DNA of 64,000 nt, taken from an uncultured Thermoanaerobaculia bacterium. Its GTDB lineage: Bacteria > Acidobacteriota > Thermoanaerobaculia > Multivoradales > JAGPDF01. Positions 10,735-19,918 of this stretch are shown here, piece after piece. The stretch spans positions 36,849 through 100,848 of the forward strand of contig CAYZBH010000003.1 in NCBI GenBank assembly GCA_964476605.1. The letters are read 5' to 3'. The notes under the pieces were generated by a model, which saw only the letters and a program-made list of their open reading frames with translations, did no database searches and was not told where the DNA came from. Position 1 is the stretch's first letter, and every line of letters begins with the position of its first letter. The position numbers and the translations under genes are program-made.

Positions 10735-12333
10735 TCAGTCGTCCGTCTTGCGGCCGTCGAGATCGAGACCGGCCGCCCGCCACCGCTTCTCCCCGACGCG
10801 GGTCGCGATCAGCAGCACCAGCAAGGTGCCCGCCACCAGCGCAAGCGCCCCCTGCCGCAAGGGCTCGTCGGCGACCGACCGCACCCAGCTGCCCAGGTTC
10901 TGCCAGGCGAAGGCGGCGAAGACGACCAGCAGGTAGGTCGGGGTCACGTACTTCATGATGAACCGGTAGAGGCGCGGAATGTGGAGCTGCGCCCCCCGGT
11001 GCGCCTCCCGGATCCCCCGCTCCACGCCGAAGATCCAGCTGAAGCAGATGATCTGCACCATCGCCAGGATGAAGATCAGAAAGGTCCCCACCCAGTCGTC
11101 GATGGTCGACCAGAAGATGCCTCCCTTGCTGAAGTACATCACCAGGAAGGAGCCGAAGACGCAGATCGAGACCATGAGCGTGGTCGCGTTCCGGCGCGTC
11201 CAGCCGAGCGACTCCTGGAAGAAGGCGAGCGAGGGTTGATACATCGAGATCGAGCTCGTGATCGCGGCCAGGAAGAGCATGAAGAAGAAGATCGCCCCGA
11301 TGACGTTGCCGAGCGAGCCCATGTGGGCGAAGACGACCGGCAGAGTCTGGAAGCCGAGCCCGAACGTCCCTCCCTGCACGGCGCCGATCATGTTGGCGGT
11401 CCCCAGGAAGATGAAGGCCGCGGTCAGGGTGATGAGGCCGCCGAAGCCGACCTCGAAGAGCTCGTTGGTGGCCGAGGCCGTGAGCCCCGAGAGCACCACG
11501 TCGTCCTTCTTCTTCATGTAGGAGGCGTAGTTGATGATCACGCCGAAACCGACCGAGAGGGTGAAGAAGATCTGCCCCGCGGCGGCGAGCCAGGTCTGGG
11601 GATTGCCGAGCGCCGCGAAGTTCGGGTTCCACATGTAGCCGAGACCGTTGATCACGTTCTGCTCGGGCATCGTCGGATCGGGGGTCCCCAGCGTGAGCAC
11701 GCGGCCGAGCACGATGAGGGCGCAAACCGCCATCGCCGGCATGGCGTAGGAGCAGAACTTCTCGATCCCCTTCGAGATGCCGCGGAAGACCAGCCAGATG
11801 TTGACCGCGAAGGTGATGAGCCAGAAGACGAAGGTCTCGTGCGAGCCCGCCGCCAGGATGCCGTTCTCACCCCGGCCGGTGAAGTCGGAATAGAACTGCG
11901 CCGCGGAGGCCGTCTGCTCGGCGATCGGCCGTGCCACGTCGACGCCCAGACCACCGGTCAGGTAGTGCCAGGTGTAGCCCAGGCACCAGGCTTCGATGTA
12001 GGTGTAGTAGAAGGAGACCGCGAGCGGGATGAGGACTCCGATCACCCCGAGATACCGAGCGACCGGACCCTTGCCGAAGACACCGAGGATGGCCGGGGCG
12101 GAGTGCATCCCCTTGCCGCCGCCGTAACGGCCCATCGTCCATTCCGCCCACCCGATCGGGATGCCGAGAAAGAGCAGCGCGCAGAAGTAGGGGATCATGA
12201 AGGCGCCGCCGCCGTTCGCGGCCGCCTGTCCGGGGAATCGCAAGAAGTTGCCCAAGCCGACCGCGGAGCCGGCGACTGCGAGGATCACCCCGACGCGCGT
12301 CCCCCACTGCTCCGGCTGATGCTCTTTCGACAT
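10735..12333 (-). CDS. Sodium-dependent transporter, neurotransmitter:sodium symporter (NSS/SNF) family
   Basis: WGTRVGVILAVAGSAVGLGNFLRFP, GGGAFMIPY, AAGQIFFTLSVGFG, FLAAITSSIS. Start MSKEHQP at 12333. Confidence 0.95.
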   Translation of the reverse strand: MSKEHQPEQWGTRVGVILAVAGSAVGLGNFLRFPGQAAANGGGAFMIPYFCALLFLGIPIGWAEWTMGRYGGGKGMHSAPAILGVFGKGPVARYLGVIGVLIPLAVSFYYTYIEAWCLGYTWHYLTGGLGVDVARPIAEQTASAAQFYSDFTGRGENGILAAGSHETFVFWLITFAVNIWLVFRGISKGIEKFCSYAMPAMAVCALIVLGRVLTLGTPDPTMPEQNVINGLGYMWNPNFAALGNPQTWLAAAGQIFFTLSVGFGVIINYASYMKKKDDVVLSGLTASATNELFEVGFGGLITLTAAFIFLGTANMIGAVQGGTFGLGFQTLPVVFAHMGSLGNVIGAIFFFMLFLAAITSSISMYQPSLAFFQESLGWTRRNATTLMVSICVFGSFLVMYFSKGGIFWSTIDDWVGTFLIFILAMVQIICFSWIFGVERGIREAHRGAQLHIPRLYRFIMKYVTPTYLLVVFAAFAWQNLGSWVRSVADEPLRQGALALVAGTLLVLLIATRVGEKRWRAAGLDLDGRKTDD

Positions 12334-12489
12334 TCGGCCTCCCTTCGGATGCACGACGCCAGACCGCTCGGAAACGAGAAAACCCGCGGAAGCGTAGCAT
12401 TCCGCGCCCGGACGGCCCAATTCGCCCAGAGGGACCGGCGGTTTCTCCGCGCTGCGCGCCGGAGCGTCGCGTGGCACCCGGCATTCGGC

Positions 12490-12495
12490 TAGAAT
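12490..12495 (+). promoter_or_regulatory. Candidate -10 element (TAGAAT) of the hppA promoter
   Basis: GCTAGAAT, the same hexamer and context as upstream of the kinase operon and gltA. Confidence 0.4.
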
Positions 12496-12624
12496 TTCGT
12501 GATTCGACGACGATCGGCGGGGTCCGCGTGCAGGGCGGGGCCTCCGCCTCCGTGGCACCCCACGGCAGACTTGGACCTTGAGGCTTGCGCCCCGATCCCG
12601 CGGGGCGGATCGAACGGAGGAGAC

Positions 12625-15039
<2,415 letters not shown>

Positions 15040-15080
15040 CGCCCGGCCGCCCAGAGGCGGCCCGCGCGTGACGTTCGAGA

Positions 15081-15112
15081 GCCCCGGGGCGACCCGGGGC
15101 ATCTTGCTTTTC
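15081..15112 (+). terminator. Intrinsic terminator after hppA
   Basis: 8-bp stem GCCCCGGG/CCCGGGGC with GCGA (GNRA) loop, followed by a pyrimidine-rich tail ATCTTGCTTTTC. Confidence 0.6.
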
Positions 15113-15116
15113 TGAG

Positions 15117-15809
15117 TCAGTCTCGGGCTGGTGAGCTCGCGGCCTTCGCCGCCCATGCCGTCATCTTGCGCTGCAGGGCGATCCGGCTCTCGTCCGTCAG
15201 ACAGGGGTCGGAGTAGATCTCGAGCGCCTGACTGGCGACCCGGAACGCCTCGTCGAACGACCCGCACGCCACCAGAAGCTCCGCCTCCTGCTCGAGCAGG
15301 TCGCCCGCGAAGAGCGGATCGGCGGCCCCGTGCGGCAGGAGCTCCCGGATCCGCTCGTGAAGAAGCGCCGCCTGGAGGAGGTCTCCCCGGCGTCGCTGCG
15401 CGATCGCCAGCACCAGCAGCGCTTCTGCCGGCAGGTCCTCGAGCAGGCGCGATGCTCTCGGCGCCGTCGCCGCGAGTACCATCGCGAGCAGGGCGAGATT
15501 CTCGCCCACCTCCGGTTCCTCGTCGATCAGCGCGCGCGCCCGCTCGACGAGGGCGGAGATGGTGGGCAGATCGGGGAGCGGTTCGAGGAAGGCCCGGGCG
15601 GTAACGCCGTGTTCGCGGACGTGCTCGACCCAGCTCTCGGCGTGCCCCTTCGCGCGCTCGATCTGTTCGAGGAAGCTCCAGTCCGGTTCGTCGATCCCGC
15701 TTCCGCCGCGCGGCCTCCCTTCGGAGTGCGAGGAGCGTTCGGCGAGCCGACGCTCTCGCCGCCTGGCGGCATCGCCCGGTCGACGCAACGAGCGGTCGCG
15801 CATCGTCAC
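15117..15809 (-). CDS. Hypothetical alpha-helical / TPR-like protein
   Basis: 230-aa ORF, AGGA RBS 9 bp after the mod stub stop. Helical repeats EALLVLAIAQRRRGDL, DPLFAGDLLEQEAELL, GSFDEAFRVASQALEIY. Confidence 0.55.
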   Translation of the reverse strand: MTMRDRSLRRPGDAARRRERRLAERSSHSEGRPRGGSGIDEPDWSFLEQIERAKGHAESWVEHVREHGVTARAFLEPLPDLPTISALVERARALIDEEPEVGENLALLAMVLAATAPRASRLLEDLPAEALLVLAIAQRRRGDLLQAALLHERIRELLPHGAADPLFAGDLLEQEAELLVACGSFDEAFRVASQALEIYSDPCLTDESRIALQRKMTAWAAKAASSPARD

Positions 15810-15818
15810 GAGATCATC

Positions 15819-16020
15819 CTAGCCCACGCTCACCGGCACGAGCGTCATGGTGTCGTTGCCGAAGAGGTCGCGCTTCTTGCAGTTCAAAGCGAACCCGACC
15901 TCGCGCTCGTCCTCGGCGAAGAGTGAGCCGTGCTTCTGCGGCGAGGGCGGCCTCCGTTCGCGCGGCGAGATCGCGCTTCTCAGCGTCGGAGAAGTCGTAG
16001 GCGGGCGCCCTGGCACCACG
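15819..16020 (-). pseudogene. Collapsed remnant of a type III R-M-like DNA methyltransferase (Mod): frameshifted N-terminus joined to the C-terminal tail
   Basis: One frame gives AYDFSDAEKRDL. The adjacent frame gives RPPSPQKHGSLFAEDEREVGFALNCK, immediately followed by DLFGNDTMTLVPVSVG*. I recall these as degenerate versions of the N-terminus (SDAEKRDL..GKPLPEKY..LFEDKREV..WNGK) and C-terminus (KVIDIFGNDTM..V.V) of type III-like Mod proteins. No catalytic motifs remain. Confidence 0.7.
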
Positions 16021-16022
16021 GT

Positions 16023-17090
16023 TCAGTCTGCTCGCTTCGACTTGGCCTTGCGAGCCGTCGCCCTCTCCTGCGGCGCCGGAAGAGCCTCCAGCGCTTTCTC
16101 CAAGGCCCGCTCGTCGGCCTCGGCTTCGGTCACGAGTCTCCGGGCGTGGAACTGGTCGTACTCGCCGAGCGCCAGACGGTCGGCGACCTCCTTCGACACC
16201 TTTCCGGGGCTCGTCAATACCTCGCGCTGATTGAATTGGAGGAAGGCGTCCAGCTTCTCGCGCCAGTCCTTCATATAGAGCAAGCGGCGCCGTCGCGCTT
16301 GGTCCTCGGCATACTCGAGATACATCGTAACGATCCGGTTGAGCACCTCGATTTCGCCTTCACCGAGGTAGTTCTTGGCGATCGTCACGTCCGACTTTCG
16401 GACCTTGGCGCCTCTCCAGTTCGTGAGCCCCATGTTCGGCTTCCGGTGGTCGGCGCGCTCGGCGATGAGTTGGGGCGCGGTCTTGCCCGCCGCCGCCCAG
16501 TGCAGCTTGTTCTGGATGATCTGGAAGAACTCGTGGGTCTCCCGGCTCTCCGGCCGGTAGTCCGCCGCGAGCGCGAAAATGTCCCGGATCTTGAGGTACA
16601 TCCTCTTCTCGCTCGATCGGATGTCTCGGATCCGCTCGAGGAGCTCGTCGAAGTAGTCGGGAGCACCGTGCCCGGGCGGGTTCTTCAGGCGCTCGTCGTC
16701 CATCGTGAAGCCCTTGACGAGGTATTCGGAGAGCCGGCTGGTCGCCCACTGGCGAAACGCCGTTCCACGCTCCGAACGCACCCGGTAGCCCACGGCAAGG
16801 ACCATGTCGAGGTTGTAGTGCTTGACCGCTCGGCGGACCTGCCGGGAGCCCTCAGGTCGAACTACTAAGTAATCCTTAATTGTTGCCTCGGCCTGCAACT
16901 CGTTCTCTTCCAGTACGTTCCGGATGTGCTGGACCACGTTTGGAACACTCGTCTGGAACAGCTCTGCAATCTGGGCCTGGGATAGCCAGAGGGATCCCAG
17001 GTCGAATCGGACTTGGATCCGCGTGCGTCCGTCCTCGGCTTGATAGAGGATCAACTCCCCGCGGGGTTCAGACGCTCGATTCATGCTCAC
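16023..17090 (-). CDS. rhuM: RhuM family (so-called virulence RhuM) DNA-binding protein, intact
   Basis: ILYQAEDGRTRIQV, WLSQAQIAELFQ, YNLDMVLAVGYRVRS..GTAFRQWAT, KGFTMDDERLK, DYFDELLERIRDIRSSEKRMY, QNKLHWA, AKNYL. GTG 17090 or ATG 17084. Visibly more AT-rich than the flanks. Confidence 0.92.
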   Translation of the reverse strand: MSMNRASEPRGELILYQAEDGRTRIQVRFDLGSLWLSQAQIAELFQTSVPNVVQHIRNVLEENELQAEATIKDYLVVRPEGSRQVRRAVKHYNLDMVLAVGYRVRSERGTAFRQWATSRLSEYLVKGFTMDDERLKNPPGHGAPDYFDELLERIRDIRSSEKRMYLKIRDIFALAADYRPESRETHEFFQIIQNKLHWAAAGKTAPQLIAERADHRKPNMGLTNWRGAKVRKSDVTIAKNYLGEGEIEVLNRIVTMYLEYAEDQARRRRLLYMKDWREKLDAFLQFNQREVLTSPGKVSKEVADRLALGEYDQFHARRLVTEAEADERALEKALEALPAPQERATARKAKSKRAD

Positions 17091-17212
17091 GGTTGGTTCT
17101 CCCCGAATTTCTCATGGGAGCTCTTCCGCAAGGTCTCATCCGCGGGAAGCCACCGGTGTTCCGGCCGGAGGAGCTCGTAAGGCGAGCGCGGGAAGTCGGG
17201 GTGGAGCGCCAT
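17087..17212 (-). pseudogene. N-terminal stub (41 aa) of a type III restriction enzyme Res-like helicase (not in ORF track)
   Basis: Hand-translated MALHPDFPRSPYELLRPEHRWLPADETLRKSSHEKFGENQP*, with GGAGG upstream. Matches the N-terminus I recall for type III Res family proteins (MALHPDFP.SP...L.P..RW.PADE.LR..S.EK). Stop overlaps the rhuM GTG. Confidence 0.75.
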
Positions 17213-17370
17213 CGTCGAGGTTAGACCTCCGCTTGCCGGGCTCTATCCGGAGTCGCTTCGTGGGGCTGCCACCGGCTCGGTGTCGGGCCGCGTCAGCGTC
17301 GAGTGCCCCTGAAGATCCGGCGACCAGAGCATAGCGGGGTCCGCCTCCGGTCGGAAGTCTCGCGCCTAGG

Positions 17371-18792
17371 CTAGGCGGAGGCCTCCGCCCGCGCGCGGAG
17401 GGTCGCCAAGTGGGTGCTCTCGAGGGTGTCGCGGTAGAAGAGGTTGTAGGTGTCGAAGGGGATGAGGCGCCCGTCCTCGGGGTGGACGATGTGGACGCAG
17501 CTCTTCTTGACCGAGCGGACGTCGAAGGCGTGCGCGTCGATGAACTGGACGATCAGGATCCGGAAGAGGTTCGCGTAGCCGAGCTCGGCGGGCACCTGCA
17601 CGGTGGGCAGGCAGCAGAGCAGGTCCTTCAAGGTCGCCGCGCTCGACTCCGGCGAGTGGTTGGTGGCGAAGAGCTTGAAGAGCCCCTCGCGGACCGCCGG
17701 GTCGCGCTCGTAGACGATCGAGTTGCGCCCCCCCTCGATCAGCACCTGCGGGTCGATCATGCCGGTGAGCGGCACCACGCGGCCGCCGAGCTTCAGCGCG
17801 TAGGCCATCGCCAGCGAATCCGGATGGCAGGGGACGGGGATCAGGTCCTCCGGCCGGAAGCGGTCGCTCTGCTCGAGGATCCGCCGCCGTACCTCGGTCA
17901 ACGTCAGGCGGTGGCGGGCCGGGTCGTACCCCTCGACCCTGCCGGCGTCCTGCACCGGCTGGAAGGTCACGCCGCGGACGCAGCCGATCGAGAGCGCGTA
18001 CTCGACGATCGCGCCGAGCTCGTCGTCGTTCGCCCCCCGCGCGACGGTCACGACGAGGGTGGTCGAGATCCCGAGCCGGTCGAGGCGCGCGAGCGCCCGC
18101 TCGCGGATCTTCCGGAGGTCGGCACCTCGGAGCGCGAGGAGCGGCTCGCGCCGGAGCGAGTCGAATTGCAGGTAGATCTCGAAGCCCGGAGCGTACCCGG
18201 CGAGCCGTTTCGCGAACTCCTCGTCCTCCGCGATCCGCACGCCGTTGGTGTTGACCATGAGGTGGCGGATCGGCCGGCGCTTCGCGGCATCGAGGATGGC
18301 GAAGAAGTTGGGATGGATCGTCGGCTCGCCCCCCGAGATCTGGACGACGTCGGGCTCGAGCTCGTTGCGGACCACGGCGTCGAGCATGCGCTCGACCTCG
18401 GCCAGGCTCCGCATCTCCGGGCGGTGCGGTCCGCTCGCCGCGTAGCAGACCGGACAGGCGAGATTGCAGGCGTCGTTGATCTCGATCAGGGTGAGGCAGG
18501 AGTGCTGCTCGTGGTCGGGGCAGAGGCCGCAGTCGTACGGGCACCCCCAGCGGATCGGCGTGTTGTAGCGCGCCGGCATCTCGGGCGCCTTGAGGAAGAC
18601 CTCGCGCGCGCGCCGGTAGTAGTCGACGTCGTCGGCCACCAGCACGCGCTCGAAGCCGTGCTCGGGGCAGCGCTTGTCGAGGTAGACGTTCTCCTCCTCG
18701 AAGAGGATCTTCCCCTCGACCTTCCGGTGGCAGACCGAGCAGATCGAGATCGCGACGTCGTAGAAGAGGTAGGGGCGGGTGCGCGGCGCCAC
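17371..18792 (-). CDS. Radical SAM protein of the tetraether lipid synthase (Tes/GDGT-MAS, MJ0619)-like family
   Basis: N-terminal CSVC...CPEH (rubredoxin-like site), GCPYDCGLCPDH (auxiliary cluster), CNLACPVC (SAM cluster), QISGGEPT, NTNG, YLQFD, RGVTFQPV, FIDAHAFDVRSVKKSCVH, IPFDTYN. GTG start with GGAGG. Confidence 0.85.
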   Translation of the reverse strand: MAPRTRPYLFYDVAISICSVCHRKVEGKILFEEENVYLDKRCPEHGFERVLVADDVDYYRRAREVFLKAPEMPARYNTPIRWGCPYDCGLCPDHEQHSCLTLIEINDACNLACPVCYAASGPHRPEMRSLAEVERMLDAVVRNELEPDVVQISGGEPTIHPNFFAILDAAKRRPIRHLMVNTNGVRIAEDEEFAKRLAGYAPGFEIYLQFDSLRREPLLALRGADLRKIRERALARLDRLGISTTLVVTVARGANDDELGAIVEYALSIGCVRGVTFQPVQDAGRVEGYDPARHRLTLTEVRRRILEQSDRFRPEDLIPVPCHPDSLAMAYALKLGGRVVPLTGMIDPQVLIEGGRNSIVYERDPAVREGLFKLFATNHSPESSAATLKDLLCCLPTVQVPAELGYANLFRILIVQFIDAHAFDVRSVKKSCVHIVHPEDGRLIPFDTYNLFYRDTLESTHLATLRARAEASA

Positions 18793-18794
18793 GC

Positions 18795-19133
18795 TCAGCC
18801 TCCGGGGGGCGGCGGCGGGGCGCTCTCGGGCGGGCTCGCCGCCACCTGCCGGTCGGCGCGCGAGCGCGTCTTCACCAGGCCGACGATCCACCAGATGAAT
18901 CCGACCGGAAGCGCGAGCGCACCCAGGACGAAGAGCGCGCCGCAGCAGAAGCCCAGGATGTCGGCTCCGGCGCGGCTCGGACCACCGCTGAAGTCGAGAG
19001 TGAGGAGGAAGCCGAAGCAACCCGAGACGCCGAGCAGCACCCCGGCGACGGCGATCAGGCACCCTGGCGCCCAGGGCTTGTCGCGGGCGAGCGCTCGCAA
19101 CCTTCCCATCGGTTGAGACCCTCCGTCAGCCAT
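18795..19133 (-). CDS. Small Cys-containing membrane protein with a lipobox-like motif
   Basis: Two hydrophobic segments, LLGVSGC lipobox-like, GFCC in the second helix. Overlaps the lgt-like gene and ends 2 bp before the rSAM start. Confidence 0.7.
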   Translation of the reverse strand: MADGGSQPMGRLRALARDKPWAPGCLIAVAGVLLGVSGCFGFLLTLDFSGGPSRAGADILGFCCGALFVLGALALPVGFIWWIVGLVKTRSRADRQVAASPPESAPPPPPGG

Positions 19134-19887
19134 CGTTCGCCGCCGGCCCGGCGCGGCGAAGCCAGCGGACTATATCCGGGGAGAGGACGGTGAGCGCGCC
19201 CAGGCAGGTCCACTGGATCGCCGAGAGTCCCAGGCCGCGGCAGGCGGCCGGTTTCCAGAAGTCGACGAGCAGCCGGAAGGCGAAGTAGGAGGCGACGAAG
19301 CCGCGGAAGAGGTCGCCCTCTGGCGCGCCGTGCCGGCGCCAACGCGCGAGCAGAAACGCCAGAAGCGCGAGGAAAAGGATCTCGTAGAGCTGCGTCGGGT
19401 GGCGCTTCACGCCATCCCCGAAGTCGACCCCCCAGGGGAGGGTCGTCGCGACGCCGTAGGTGCGATCGGCGAGGCCGGAGAGGAAGCAGCCGATCCGCCC
19501 GATCGCGATCCCCAGGGCGAGCGGCAGCGCGAAGAGGTCCCCCGTCCGCCCGGAGATTCCGAGCAGCCTCTTCATCCCCTCGACCGCCACCCAACCGCCG
19601 GCGAGCCCCCCCACGATCGTCTTGCCCGAGAGCAGGAAGACCGGATCGGAAAGGTGCGCGAGCGTCACCGCCGGGCATTCGAGGAGCGCCAACCCCCGCG
19701 CTCCGAGCGCCGCCCCCAACGCCGCCGCCGCCACCAGCCAGAGCCGCCGCGGCGCCTCCACCCGATCCCCCAACCACCGCCGCTCCCAGAGGTAGAGCCG
19801 GAACCCCACGAAATAGGCGAGCAGCTCGAGCAACAGGTGGGGGTTAACCCGCCAAGGTCCGAACGGGAGATCGACCGGAAAGCTCAC
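19126..19887 (-). CDS. Prolipoprotein diacylglyceryl transferase (Lgt)-family paralog
   Basis: GAALGAR, GKTIVGG, GRIGCFLSG, YG..T.LPWG, RHPTQLYE, YFAFRLLVDFWK. GTG start 19887. Confidence 0.88.
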   Translation of the reverse strand: MSFPVDLPFGPWRVNPHLLLELLAYFVGFRLYLWERRWLGDRVEAPRRLWLVAAAALGAALGARGLALLECPAVTLAHLSDPVFLLSGKTIVGGLAGGWVAVEGMKRLLGISGRTGDLFALPLALGIAIGRIGCFLSGLADRTYGVATTLPWGVDFGDGVKRHPTQLYEILFLALLAFLLARWRRHGAPEGDLFRGFVASYFAFRLLVDFWKPAACRGLGLSAIQWTCLGALTVLSPDIVRWLRRAGPAANDG

Positions 19888-19918
19888 GTTTCGCGGGGAA
19901 ACGACATCCGAAGCGCGC

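Noticed and set aside
12496-12624. Fluoride or other known riboswitch ahead of hppA
   Set aside because: I could not find the conserved fluoride-aptamer nucleotides or another recognisable consensus. Left only as a low-interest structured leader.
16023-17090. Virulence role for rhuM
   Set aside because: The name is historical (Salmonella SPI-3 location). Nothing in this window supports pathogenicity.
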